Shown here in pieces: positions 51,661-61,664 of a DNA stretch of 64,000 nt. Below the pieces are notes generated by a model, which did not search any database, was not told where the DNA came from, and saw only the letters and a program-made list of their open reading frames with translations. Every line of letters begins with the position of its first letter. Position 1 is the stretch's first letter. The position numbers and the translations under genes are program-made. The stretch lies in contig CAVSLC010000015.1 of NCBI GenBank assembly GCA_963728565.1, positions 1-64,000 of the forward strand. The letters run 5' to 3'. This DNA comes from an uncultured delta proteobacterium (GTDB taxonomy: Bacteria; Desulfobacterota; Binatia; UBA9968).

Positions 51661-51717
51661 GAAAGCCTCGGTCGTATGATGTTGTCGCCCGATGATCGCG
51701 CTCAGTGGCAGCCGCAG

Positions 51718-52692
51718 CTACTTAGGGGCCTCGCCCATTTCCTTCAAAATCTCGCGCACGATAGTAAAATCAAATACGTCGTCCACCGCGACGTTCCTCT
51801 TGGTTTCAACATTCCAGCGCGTGCTCTCGATCACATTTTCAAGCGTCGGCCGCGACACCAGCAGATTACGGCTATAGTTCTTGTAGTTGTGCTGATAGGC
51901 CTCCTCGGCGACTTCCAGTTTCGATCTGCCCCAAGCGGCAAGAATCTTGATCGCCCCCTTGGGGTTATCCAAAATAAACCGGTTGGCCCGCAGCAGAGCG
52001 CGGGTTATTTTTTTTACCTCGTCTCGTTCGTTCCTGAGCTTCTGCTCGTGCAGCCCGATGCCGTTCACCGGAAAAGCAAACAGATCGCGGACATTCAGTA
52101 ATGTTTTGAAGCCGGCGGCTTCGGCCCGCAGATTTCCCGGCGGCGTTAGAAAAGCCGCCTGAACAACGCCGGTTTGCAATTGCGTCAGTCGCGCCGAGCT
52201 GCTGCCGGCGGCAACATACTGGACATCGCTTTTCGGGTCGAGTTTGAAGTGAGCCGATGTCAGCCGGGCGAGGATATCGACCAGAGAGCCGAACGAGCTA
52301 ATCGCGATCTTCTTGCCTTTAAGATCAGCAAACTTCTGGATGCTCGGGTGAACCACCACAGCATGGTTAGGCCGCTCGATCAATATGCCGGTAACTTTGA
52401 GCGGCAGCCCGCGAAGATTCGCGGTGACGACGGATTGCAAGATAAGATTGTAATCGATATTGCCGGCCGCCAGAGCCGCAACCGACACATTGGCGTTCAT
52501 CTGCAGCACGTCGACGTCCAGCCCCTCGTCTTTGAAGTAGCCTTGAAAATGAGCGACACCGCCGCTCAGAAACGACATGTCGGGATTGGACACACCGATA
52601 TAAATCGTTTTGGCTTCGATGCGCTGCGCTCCAAAAGCGAACAGAACCAACACAATCAAAAAGCCTTTTATCGCACACACTCCACGTTTCAT
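51718..52692 (-). CDS. ABC substrate-binding protein, NMT1/SsuA family
   Basis: GYFKDEGLD, DLKGKKIAISSFG. Confidence 0.88.
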   Translation of the reverse strand: MKRGVCAIKGFLIVLVLFAFGAQRIEAKTIYIGVSNPDMSFLSGGVAHFQGYFKDEGLDVDVLQMNANVSVAALAAGNIDYNLILQSVVTANLRGLPLKVTGILIERPNHAVVVHPSIQKFADLKGKKIAISSFGSLVDILARLTSAHFKLDPKSDVQYVAAGSSSARLTQLQTGVVQAAFLTPPGNLRAEAAGFKTLLNVRDLFAFPVNGIGLHEQKLRNERDEVKKITRALLRANRFILDNPKGAIKILAAWGRSKLEVAEEAYQHNYKNYSRNLLVSRPTLENVIESTRWNVETKRNVAVDDVFDFTIVREILKEMGEAPK

Positions 52693-52742
52693 CTTTCATT
52701 CTCTCCGTTTGAGCAAGTTGATTGTAACTAGTAAAGTCCCTG

Positions 52743-52865
52743 CAGGCTGCTCAAAAGATCTCATAGGCGAGGCGCGCGATGACCGACGAGCCGAAGCGTA
52801 CGTTGTGAGTACGTTGAGCGAGTCGGGCGAGTGCAACGAAGCCTATGAGGCTTTTCAGCAGCCTG
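52743..52865. mobile_element. MITE with ~25-bp TIRs
   Basis: CAGGCTGCTCAAAAGATCTCATAGGC ... GCCTATGAGGCTTTTCAGCAGCCTG. Confidence 0.75.
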
Positions 52866-52872
52866 TAGCCTG

Positions 52873-53379
52873 CTAATCGGTAAATTCGCCGGTGAACAAT
52901 AGGGCCACCGGCAACTTCAAAGCATTCATCATGCGCACGGCGCCGTCGATTCGCGCCTCGAGATGATCCCCTGATTCGACCAGCACGTGTTCGATGCCGA
53001 TGGTCTTTAGCAGGCTCATCGTTTTGATGCCATAGTGAGAAAACAAAAAAGAGTTTCGCTGATCATCGAAGCTGCCGACGAAGGCTACTATCAGAAGCAT
53101 CGGCACGCCATAGCGCTCGCCGACGGTAAGAAGGTTGTAAGCGGAGACAAACAGGCCGGTGCCTTCCATGTAGACTGCCGCGCGTTTGCCGCCTAAAGCG
53201 GCCCCCGCGGCAATGCCGACTGCCTCCGCTTCACTGGATACCGGCGCGAGGGTAAAAGCCTCGTCCGCTTTCATCACCGGAAGGATCTCGCTCAATCTGG
53301 TTTCGGGAATGTAACTGACGAAATCGATTCCGGCGCGTTTAAGTGCGGCAACCGTTTTCTGAGCCAATTCCGGTTTCAT
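52873..53379 (-). CDS. ComD-like TPP alpha subunit (no beta follows)
   Basis: YIPETRL, SEAEAV, YMEGTG. Confidence 0.85.
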   Translation of the reverse strand: MKPELAQKTVAALKRAGIDFVSYIPETRLSEILPVMKADEAFTLAPVSSEAEAVGIAAGAALGGKRAAVYMEGTGLFVSAYNLLTVGERYGVPMLLIVAFVGSFDDQRNSFLFSHYGIKTMSLLKTIGIEHVLVESGDHLEARIDGAVRMMNALKLPVALLFTGEFTD

Positions 53380-53387
53380 AATCCCGG

Positions 53388-53987
53388 CTACCCACGCCCA
53401 TGAAAAATCGTTTTGCCTTCGGTGCGTTCGAGATAACGCACGAAACGATACTTTGTTTCCAACAGATCGACGTTGCTTCTGGTAATTTGTCGATGGCCGA
53501 CGCTCTCTTCGATCTTACAGACAACGAAACGTAAGCCGTTTTGATCAAGGGCTCCTGTCGCCTCGGCTTTGAAATCCTCCAACTCCGAGACCGTCACCGA
53601 ATGCTCGATGCCCGATCCTCGAGCCACGGCGGCCAGATCCGTCTTGCCTGCGGTAGCGCTCGGGTAACTGATTCGCGTGCCGCTGTAAGCCTGATTGTCG
53701 AAAACGAATACCGCCAGATTCGCCGGGTTCAGATTGGCCAAAGTCGGCAGGTTGAAGAGCGAAAGCAGCACGCTGCCATCGGACTCGAAGACGAACACTT
53801 TTCGGTGTGGCAGCGCCAGCGCCAGACCGATGCCGACCGCAAGGGCATTGCCCATGGAGCCGAGATTGAGGTCGGCCTCTCGCTTCGACAGATGCCCCCA
53901 TTCGACTCTCTGGCCGCTCAGCGACGTGACCACCAGCTGATCGGTCATGAGCGGCGCCAGCCATTCGAAACAATCGTACCGAATCAT
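53388..53987 (-). CDS. ComE-like TPP beta subunit
   Basis: LGSMG, ESDGS...FDNQ. Confidence 0.85.
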   Translation of the reverse strand: MIRYDCFEWLAPLMTDQLVVTSLSGQRVEWGHLSKREADLNLGSMGNALAVGIGLALALPHRKVFVFESDGSVLLSLFNLPTLANLNPANLAVFVFDNQAYSGTRISYPSATAGKTDLAAVARGSGIEHSVTVSELEDFKAEATGALDQNGLRFVVCKIEESVGHRQITRSNVDLLETKYRFVRYLERTEGKTIFHGRG

Positions 53988-54490
53988 AAGGTAAAGTCCT
54001 CTGTGAACAACAAGGCGACCGGCTGTTTGAGCGCGTTCATCATGCGCACGGCGTTTTTAACTTTGCGCTCGAGCCCTGCGCCGCCGCGGATCACATGATA
54101 CTGCACATCGAGTGCTTCCAATTGCGGGATCAGCTTGATGCCGCGCTGGACATATAGAAAGCTGTTTCGGTGGTCTTCCAGACTGCCGACGTAGCTTACC
54201 AACAGCAACATCGGCACGCCGTAGCGAACCCCGACCGTCAGAATGTTGTAGCAAGCGACGTACACCCCGGTTCCTTCCATGTAGCTGGCAACGACTTTGC
54301 CACCGAGAGCGGCGCCGGCCGCGATCGACACCCCTTCGGCTTCGCTGCCCACCGGCGCCAGTTGGAAATGGCTATCGTTTTGTAGCAACGGTATGATCTG
54401 GCTGAGCCGGGTCTCAGGCAGATACGTGATAAAATCGATTCCCGCCGCCCGCAACGAATGCACCAGGCTCTGCGCCAGGGTTTCCTGCAT
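53984..54490 (-). CDS. ComD-like TPP alpha subunit
   Basis: YLPETRL, SEAEGV, YMEGTG; ATGA coupling. Confidence 0.85.
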   Translation of the reverse strand: MQETLAQSLVHSLRAAGIDFITYLPETRLSQIIPLLQNDSHFQLAPVGSEAEGVSIAAGAALGGKVVASYMEGTGVYVACYNILTVGVRYGVPMLLLVSYVGSLEDHRNSFLYVQRGIKLIPQLEALDVQYHVIRGGAGLERKVKNAVRMMNALKQPVALLFTEDFTL

Positions 54491-54492
54491 CC

Positions 54493-55497
54493 CTATTTCG
54501 CCTTGCCTTTATAGAGGCTGTCGATGTAACCGCTGTCATCGAGTTCTTTGATGAAACGGGTATCGACGAATTGCTCGGGACGCGCCGACTTGGCCTTGGG
54601 ATTTTCATCGGCGATGGCGTCTAGAACCGTCTGAATTCCCGGCAATGCCGGATATTGCTTACGCGAATATTTATCGTCCGTGGACGAGAGCTCGTAACTT
54701 CTTTCGAGAATTTCTTTATTGGCGGTCTGCCGCAGATACTTGCCGAGCACGGCGACGCTGGTTTTGCGATCGGTCTTCATCAGGTGGACTGCTTCAACTT
54801 GGGCCTTGACGTAGCGCCTTGCCGTTTCTGGATTATCCCGGACAAAGCGGCGCGATGCCGCAATGCCATTATGCAAAAACGGCAATCCCAGAGCGCCGAC
54901 ATCGGCAAGCACGTTGAATCCTTCTCGCTCCGCGACGATGCTGGTGGGCGGACTGAGAAGCGTGGCTTGCAGGCGCTTGTTGCGCATCGAGATCAGCCGC
55001 TCCGGCGTGCCGCCGATAACGATGAATTTGACGTCCTTCGTATTCAAGCCAAGTTTTTGCAGTGCGAATTCTGTGGCTACCAATGATGCGCCGCGAATCG
55101 AAGCAAGTCCGACGACTCCGCCCTTGAGCATTTCGGCTGTTTTAATTTCCGGCTGGCTCATAAAAATAAAATCCAGGGTGGCCATACCGCCGGCGATGTA
55201 AACCAGGTCCGAGCCCCTGAGAGCGCTCTCGAGAACGACCGGACCCGAAGCCTGGATGAAATCCAGCTCGCCGGAAAGAAGCGCCATGACCCCGATGGTG
55301 GTGCGAACGCGGACGAGGTCAGCGTCCAAGCCATTTTTGGCAAAAATCCCGGCTTCACGAGCCAGCCACGTGACCAGCGATCCCGGCGCATCGGAACTGT
55401 AGCCCACCTTGATCTTCTTGGCCTGGGACCAGGCCCCGGTAGGATTGCAGATAGATGCAACTGTGACCGCGCAGATCAGTGCTTTTATAAGGTTCAT
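54493..55497 (-). CDS. ABC substrate-binding protein, NMT1/SsuA family
   Basis: WLAREAGIFAKNGLD; FVDTRFIKELDDSGYIDSLY. Confidence 0.88.
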   Translation of the reverse strand: MNLIKALICAVTVASICNPTGAWSQAKKIKVGYSSDAPGSLVTWLAREAGIFAKNGLDADLVRVRTTIGVMALLSGELDFIQASGPVVLESALRGSDLVYIAGGMATLDFIFMSQPEIKTAEMLKGGVVGLASIRGASLVATEFALQKLGLNTKDVKFIVIGGTPERLISMRNKRLQATLLSPPTSIVAEREGFNVLADVGALGLPFLHNGIAASRRFVRDNPETARRYVKAQVEAVHLMKTDRKTSVAVLGKYLRQTANKEILERSYELSSTDDKYSRKQYPALPGIQTVLDAIADENPKAKSARPEQFVDTRFIKELDDSGYIDSLYKGKAK

Positions 55498-55593
55498 TAA
55501 ACGTAACTCCGAGCCGGAATTATCATGTTGTGTTTGTCAGCCGGGCGCTTTTCGTATCGAAACGCGCCGGCAGATTAGCAAGTCCGCATATTG

Positions 55594-57249
55594 CTACTTC
55601 TTTTCACCGGCTTGTTTCTTAAACTTTTCAATTTCTTCGGCCATGTACTTTTTCTTGAGATCCATAAACTTCGTGCCTTTGGGCACTTTGATACCCTGCT
55701 TCGAACTGAACTCGGCATTCACGCTGTGATTGCCGGCGACTGCGTTGCCGGCCTGGATTGCCGCTTCCTCCGGCCATAAACCGAGTGAATATCCGGACCA
55801 GGGCGGGCGCGGATTCAATTTCGGCAAGCCCAACTCCACCCAGATCTCGCGGGCGCGCTCCATGAACGGCCGCTGCGGCAGCGCCACCGGCGGAAATGCC
55901 GCCTTCAAAGTCGCGTCGACCAGCAACGTCGAATCGGTCACATCATAATGCTCTCCATCTGCGACATATCGAATAGGGTTCCAAGGCAGAGGGCGGTTCG
56001 GCACGATCCGCATGTCGCGGTGCGGCTGGCAGCGATTTGCTATCGCCCATAGCAGAGATTGGGCATCGTGCGGATCGATGTCTTCATCGACGCAAACGAT
56101 CAGCTTGTGAATCACCCGCGACGGCAGCAGTCCTTCGAGCGCGCGCCAGGTATCATCGGGCTTTTCCTTTTTGATCTGAATCACCGCCACCTGGCGGTTG
56201 AGCAGATCTTCGTAGAGCGCGACACGGGTTGCTTTCACGCCGAGGTCTTTATTGAGATGCTTTAACGCCAGAGTCTCATAGGCGGATTGCTTGATTTTGC
56301 TCGACTCGCTCGGCGTTAGCTGGCTGATCATCGAGACGTAAATGGGATTCTTGCGGTGCGTGATGCAGGTGACTTCGAATACCCCGTTCAGATCTCCCGG
56401 GTCGAGATAACCGTGCGCCTCGCCAAACGGCCCGTCGGGTTCGAGATAATCCCACGGAATCTTCCCCTCGATAACGATATCGGCATGCGCCGGAACTTCG
56501 AGATCGACTGTCTTGCAGCGAACCATCTCCAACGGGCTGCGCGCCAACCCGCCTGCCAGCGCCACTTCGTCGACCCCGTAGGGAACCGGCTGCACCGCTG
56601 CGTAAGTAATACACGGCGGGCCGCCGAGGACGATTGCGGCATCGAGCGGAATTCCCCTCTCGTTGCATTTCTCCCAGTGGATCGCGGTATGCTTGAGGCT
56701 TCCCCACATGATGCCGGTCTTGAGAGGACCTTTGATTTGCCCCCGGTACACACCCATATTTCTGACGCCGGTTTCCGGATCCTTGGTGATCCAGCATCCC
56801 GCCGTTAGATAAGGCGCATTGTCAAAGCCCGGCGTGGAAATCGGAATCGGTAGTTGGTAAAGGCCGCCCTTGCGAATCAGCTCTTCTCCGTGCCAGACGA
56901 CTTCTTGTACCGGGCCTTCCTTTACCAGAACCGGGTCGATGGGCTTCTCCAATGCTTGCGACCAGATCTCTTCGACTTCCGATTCTTTGCACATCAACCC
57001 CAAAGCATAAATCCTCTGCGAAGCCGCAAGCCCGCCGATAAGAACAGGAATGTCGTACTGTTTGCCTTTGGCGTCATAGATATTCTCAAACAGGAAAGCC
57101 TTTCTTTGCTCCTCCTCGAGGCCGCGGAACTGCCAACGAACCAGCGGGTGCATCTCGGTATCTTTATTGATGGCTTTGTCGATCCGGATCAGCAGGCCTT
57201 CTCGCTCGAGAACCTGCACATATTCAGAAAGGCTTTTGTAGTACGGCAT
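55594..57249 (-). CDS. UbiD family (prFMN-dependent) decarboxylase
   Basis: RNMGVYR, IVIEG, DGPFGEAHGY, VDEDID. Confidence 0.92.
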   Translation of the reverse strand: MPYYKSLSEYVQVLEREGLLIRIDKAINKDTEMHPLVRWQFRGLEEEQRKAFLFENIYDAKGKQYDIPVLIGGLAASQRIYALGLMCKESEVEEIWSQALEKPIDPVLVKEGPVQEVVWHGEELIRKGGLYQLPIPISTPGFDNAPYLTAGCWITKDPETGVRNMGVYRGQIKGPLKTGIMWGSLKHTAIHWEKCNERGIPLDAAIVLGGPPCITYAAVQPVPYGVDEVALAGGLARSPLEMVRCKTVDLEVPAHADIVIEGKIPWDYLEPDGPFGEAHGYLDPGDLNGVFEVTCITHRKNPIYVSMISQLTPSESSKIKQSAYETLALKHLNKDLGVKATRVALYEDLLNRQVAVIQIKKEKPDDTWRALEGLLPSRVIHKLIVCVDEDIDPHDAQSLLWAIANRCQPHRDMRIVPNRPLPWNPIRYVADGEHYDVTDSTLLVDATLKAAFPPVALPQRPFMERAREIWVELGLPKLNPRPPWSGYSLGLWPEEAAIQAGNAVAGNHSVNAEFSSKQGIKVPKGTKFMDLKKKYMAEEIEKFKKQAGEKK

Positions 57250-57312
57250 GGCGAATCCTTTGGGCGAATACTCTTGAGTAAATTAGCAAATTGATGGCGC
57301 CGATGATGCGGA

Positions 57313-58164
57313 TTAGATAGTTAAGAAGTTTTCCCAGCCATAGCGCGCTTTGAAGCCGAGCATTTTTTCGGCTTTTGCCGAATTGACGCCGCTCCAGTTG
57401 CCGGCGCGAGCGTTTCTCACCGGGATGCCATGGCCGAGATATTTCTCGATTAATTCCACAGTCGGCTCCCGCATGCTGCTCGTCGGCGCGGCGACGATCA
57501 TGACCTCATGTCCGGCAAAATCCGCCTCGATCGCCAAGCGACAAGCGGTTGCCGCGTCGCGGCCGTCGATGTATGCCCATGACGTGTTGGCGCGGGCGCC
57601 GGGATCTTTCCAACGGTCGCGCACCGACTCGTAGGAGACATCGAACACCACGCCCGGAAAGCGCAAACTGCTGATCGTCACATCGCCGTGCAGCAGCGCT
57701 ACGGAATCGGCGATCTGCTCGCCGACGACTTTAGACAATCCGTACGGGTCCTGCGGCCTGGACGGATGTTGCTCGTCCAACGGCAAGTATTCAGGAATCA
57801 TGCGCTGCAAAGCGTAAATAAACCCGAAAGCCGCCGTGCTCGAGGCCATCACCACTTTCTTGACGCCGAGATCGGCAGCGGCTTTGAGCACGTTGTAACT
57901 TGCCGTCACATTGTTGCTGAATACTTCCGCATCCGGCGCCAGCCCGGGCGCTTGATACGCGCCCAGGTGCACGACGCCGTAAGCCCCCGTGAGAGCCTGA
58001 TACAGATCACCCGAACAGCGCAAGTCGGCGATCCAGCTCGGACACGCGTTCATTGCCGGCCGCACCCGATCCAAGGAAAGAACCTGGTACTCGTGAGATA
58101 GAAGTTCCTGGATGACGAGCTGTCCCAGCCGGCCGCTGCCACCGGTTACCACGATTCTTTGCAC
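57313..58164 (-). CDS. NAD-dependent epimerase/dehydratase (extended SDR)
   Basis: TGGSGRLG, ASS, YGLSK. Confidence 0.9.
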   Translation of the reverse strand: MQRIVVTGGSGRLGQLVIQELLSHEYQVLSLDRVRPAMNACPSWIADLRCSGDLYQALTGAYGVVHLGAYQAPGLAPDAEVFSNNVTASYNVLKAAADLGVKKVVMASSTAAFGFIYALQRMIPEYLPLDEQHPSRPQDPYGLSKVVGEQIADSVALLHGDVTISSLRFPGVVFDVSYESVRDRWKDPGARANTSWAYIDGRDAATACRLAIEADFAGHEVMIVAAPTSSMREPTVELIEKYLGHGIPVRNARAGNWSGVNSAKAEKMLGFKARYGWENFLTI

Positions 58165-58249
58165 GAGGCTCCTAGTTACCTTCGCTCCATGAGCTGAGTC
58201 AACGATTTTCCCTCAAGATTTTTTAAACTGTGTATCAAATACTTTTAAA

Positions 58250-58279
58250 TTGACACTGCGTTAAACGCCGCCCTATGAT
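58250..58279 (+). promoter_or_regulatory. Sigma-70-like promoter for the cupin-SBP operon
   Basis: TTGACA-N18-TATGAT upstream of AGGAGG. Confidence 0.55.
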
Positions 58280-58316
58280 CACCACCCAATCACGGATGAA
58301 ATGCAGGAGGTTCATC

Positions 58317-59402
58317 ATGCAGAGCCAACCCGCTTATACTCAACGAGCCTACGGAGAAAAAACTTCTTTCGATCAATTCCTCGATTCTGAAGAAATTCCC
58401 GTTGTCAGAAACTTCGTCGTAGGTGATATCAGAAAGCTAGAAGTTACTCCATGGCGCAGGCGCGGCGGCCTGGGCTGCTACATCATCTTGGGCCATCCCA
58501 AGGAGGCCCCGAACTCGGCGGCTTACGTGTGCGAGATTCCACCGCGAGAAAGCCTGCAACCGCAAAAGCAAATGTTTGAAGAAATGATCTTTGTTTTGAA
58601 AGGACGCGGCGCAACTAGCGTTTGGCTCGATAACGGCAAAAAGCAGACCTTCGAGTGGCAGGAGCGCTCACTATTTTCCATTCCTCTCAACGCTTGGCAT
58701 CAACATTTCAACGGGCAGGGAGATGAATCGATCCGATTTATCGGCTATACCAACGCGCCGTCGGTATTCAACTTATATCACAACTGGGACTTCGTATTTA
58801 ATAACAGCTATCAATTCACCGATCGGTTTCGCGGCGAAGACAATTACTTCAGCGGCAAGGGAGTCGCAATTCCCGAAAAGCGGGTGTGGGATACCAGCTT
58901 CATCGCCGACATCGAAAAGCTCCAATTTCATGACTGGACCAAAAAAGGCCCCGGAGCGACCAATGTCGAGCTGGAATTCTGCGACAACATCATCTCGGCG
59001 CACATCACCCGCTCTCCCGTGGGCGCTTACAAGAAAGCGCACCGGCATGGGCTTGGCGCCGACATTCTCGTTCTCGAAGGCAAAGGGTACTCGCTCATGT
59101 GGCTTGAGGGAACGAAAATGGAACGATACGACTGGGGGCCGTTTAGCATGTTCTCGCCCCCCCACATGTGGTTTCACCAGCACTTCAATACGGCAAAAGA
59201 ACCGCTGAAGATGCTGGCATTCAAGCCGTTCGGTCAGAAGTTCCGGATCTTCGATTACGAAAAATTGTTCGTGAGCACCAGCGGAGGAGGTCACTTGATC
59301 GAACTGGAAGATGAAGACCCCAAGATCCGGAGCATGTTTCAGGAAGAACTCGAGAGCGAAGGAATTCCGTTCAACATGCCGCCCGTCACTTACCGACGCT
59401 GA
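58317..59402 (+). CDS. Bicupin protein (gentisate-dioxygenase-like architecture)
   Basis: FEEMIFVLKGRG..IPLNAWHQHFN and YKKAHRHG..GKGYSL..WFHQHFN. Confidence 0.85.
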   Translation: MQSQPAYTQRAYGEKTSFDQFLDSEEIPVVRNFVVGDIRKLEVTPWRRRGGLGCYIILGHPKEAPNSAAYVCEIPPRESLQPQKQMFEEMIFVLKGRGATSVWLDNGKKQTFEWQERSLFSIPLNAWHQHFNGQGDESIRFIGYTNAPSVFNLYHNWDFVFNNSYQFTDRFRGEDNYFSGKGVAIPEKRVWDTSFIADIEKLQFHDWTKKGPGATNVELEFCDNIISAHITRSPVGAYKKAHRHGLGADILVLEGKGYSLMWLEGTKMERYDWGPFSMFSPPHMWFHQHFNTAKEPLKMLAFKPFGQKFRIFDYEKLFVSTSGGGHLIELEDEDPKIRSMFQEELESEGIPFNMPPVTYRR

Positions 59403-59413
59403 GGAAATCATCT

Positions 59414-60388
59414 ATGAGCATTCGCAACATTCTTCTTGGGCTTGTAGCGTTATCATTCTTGCCCACGGTTGCAGTCCACTCGATGGAAAAAGCTGTCCTC
59501 GGCTATAGCGGGGTCGGCTCCGGCGAGGAAGTCAATCATTTTGCCAAGGAAAGCGGTGTCTTCAAAAAACATGGGTTGGACGTTGAGATCGTCTATATCC
59601 CCGGTGGCTCCACGGTGGTTCAAGCCATGATTTCCGGCGGTGTCCAGTTTGGACGCGGCTCCGCTACCGAAGTCGTGAGCTCGCATTTGGCGGGTTATCC
59701 ATTGAAAATCTTGGCAGCCCTCATCAACAAATTCGTTTATAGCTTCGTCACCTCCCTAGAAATTTCCCAGCCTCAGGATCTCAAGGGCAAGGCGGTTGCA
59801 GTTAGCCGGTTTGGTTCCGGCTCCGATTTTATCACCCGCATGGCTTTGAAATCGTGGGGGTTGGAGCCGGTTAGGGACGTCACAATCTTGCAGATAGGCA
59901 ATTCTCCGGAACGGCTGGCGGCGATCTCATCTGGAAAAGTTCACGGCTCCATTCTATCGCTGTCACAAACTCCCCGTGCCAAGAAACTTGGTCTGCGCGT
60001 TTTGGCAGACTTATCACAGATCGATGCGGAATACCCTCAAGGCGTTCTTTATGCGCCGTTATCTTTGATCGAAAAGAGACCCGACCTCGTCAGGACATTT
60101 GTGAAGGCTTACGTTGAGGCGATTCACCAGTTCAAAACAAACAGACAATTATCTTATCGAATTATCTCCAGGAGCAGTGGTCTGACAGATCAGGCCGACA
60201 TCGAAGAATACTTCAATCTATTGACCGGCCGATTCCTCCTCGATTACCCGATGCCAACCGTGGCGGGAATGAAAACTGTGTTGGACGATTTAGGAGCAAG
60301 AAATCCCAAGATTCGAGACGTGAAACCTGAAGATCTTCTCGATACCAGGTTCTTGCGCGAACTCAAGACAAGCGGCGCAGTCAAGTAG
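59414..60388 (+). CDS. ABC substrate-binding protein, NMT1/SsuA family
   Basis: GVFKKHGLD, DLKGKAVAVSRFGS. Confidence 0.88.
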   Translation: MSIRNILLGLVALSFLPTVAVHSMEKAVLGYSGVGSGEEVNHFAKESGVFKKHGLDVEIVYIPGGSTVVQAMISGGVQFGRGSATEVVSSHLAGYPLKILAALINKFVYSFVTSLEISQPQDLKGKAVAVSRFGSGSDFITRMALKSWGLEPVRDVTILQIGNSPERLAAISSGKVHGSILSLSQTPRAKKLGLRVLADLSQIDAEYPQGVLYAPLSLIEKRPDLVRTFVKAYVEAIHQFKTNRQLSYRIISRSSGLTDQADIEEYFNLLTGRFLLDYPMPTVAGMKTVLDDLGARNPKIRDVKPEDLLDTRFLRELKTSGAVK

Positions 60389-60407
60389 GCAATTGTCACT
60401 GCATCAG

Positions 60408-60551
60408 CAGGCTGCTGAAAAATCCATGTGTTTAGTTGCGCTCAATCATCTCGCGTCGGCGAACCACCCGATGTACGACTCCCCGTCGATCTCGCGCGCA
60501 TCACATCTGGATCTCTTTGAGCAGCTGAAAGAGTTTTTTTCAGCGACCTAG
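60408..60551. mobile_element. MITE-like element
   Basis: CAGGCTGCTGAAAAATCCA ... TGGATCTCTTTGAGCAGCTG / TTTTTTCAGCGACCT. Confidence 0.55.
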
Positions 60552-60554
60552 GGC

Positions 60555-61502
60555 TCAAGTACCGTAAAGCTCGTCGATAAAACCGCTGTCATCGATCTCC
60601 CTCAGGTAATGAAGATCCCACGGTTCAAGCGGCGCCACGCGAGCCATGGCGGGATCTTTCGCCACGTCCAGTTCATATACATTTTGTATAGCGGCCGGGA
60701 GCGGGTAAGGTTTGATCAAAAGCAGCTTTGCCCATTCCTTCTGCAGGTGCTGATAGTACTGTTCCTCGGTTAAACCATAATAGGCGGTCAGGTTTTTTTG
60801 CAGAATAGCAGTCACCTTCGTCGGGTTTGTCTTGAAAAAATGAATCGTCTCAATCAACGCCTTTAGAAAGTCTATGACGTTCTCTCTGTTGTCTCGGATA
60901 TAATCGGTCGTGCTCAAAATGGTCGTGTTGTGAATCACCGGACGGTCAGGTAGCTCAATGATCTTTAATCCTGAGTTTTTGCCATAGAGATCAAAGGGCA
61001 TGTCCACCAATGTCGCGCTGGCGTCACCCGCCACAACCCGGTCCACATAGCGGCGCCGGTCTGCTGCCATGCTCTCGATGGGTTCGATACGGATCTCATC
61101 ATCGCGAAATCCGAACTGTTTAAGGATCGCCGTGAAGTTGCCGAGAACGCAGGGCGCCTTGGAATGACACACGATTTTGCGGCCACGGAGATCCTGGACT
61201 CCGTTGATTTCCGAGGCGGCGACGAGGCGGTCATCCCATCGGTTCTGAGTCTGCGCCAAATACACGAGCCGCTTGTCGCCTCTGCTTCGGGCCCGATAAG
61301 TCTCATGATGCAATCCGCTGACGAAATCGATTTCGCCCGCAAAGATCAGGCTCGTGCGGTGCCCCATCGTTGGGGCTTTCGCCCCGCCGACAACGTCGAG
61401 CTCAATTTCGAAATCATATTTTTGGGTGACGCCGCATTCCCTAAATACAGTGAGAAGCGGCAGGTGCGAGGAATCGCTGGCGAGCAGGGCAACTTGACGC
61501 AT
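60555..61502 (-). CDS. NMT1/SsuA-fold protein without signal peptide
   Basis: GEIDF, DLRGRKI, KPYP, LREIDDSGFIDELY; no hydrophobic N-terminus. Confidence 0.8.
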   Translation of the reverse strand: MRQVALLASDSSHLPLLTVFRECGVTQKYDFEIELDVVGGAKAPTMGHRTSLIFAGEIDFVSGLHHETYRARSRGDKRLVYLAQTQNRWDDRLVAASEINGVQDLRGRKIVCHSKAPCVLGNFTAILKQFGFRDDEIRIEPIESMAADRRRYVDRVVAGDASATLVDMPFDLYGKNSGLKIIELPDRPVIHNTTILSTTDYIRDNRENVIDFLKALIETIHFFKTNPTKVTAILQKNLTAYYGLTEEQYYQHLQKEWAKLLLIKPYPLPAAIQNVYELDVAKDPAMARVAPLEPWDLHYLREIDDSGFIDELYGT

Positions 61503-61664
61503 ATAGATACCTCAGGTTCTAACGATCATCAGACTGCTGGAAAAATTCTACACTACGCTTGCTCTTGGGAATTGTTCCAGCCGTTGCAAACGTGCAAGTC
61601 GTGACAGACAGACTCGGCATCCGAGAACTGGTTGCAGCCGTACTACAGAGTTTCAACCAAACCG

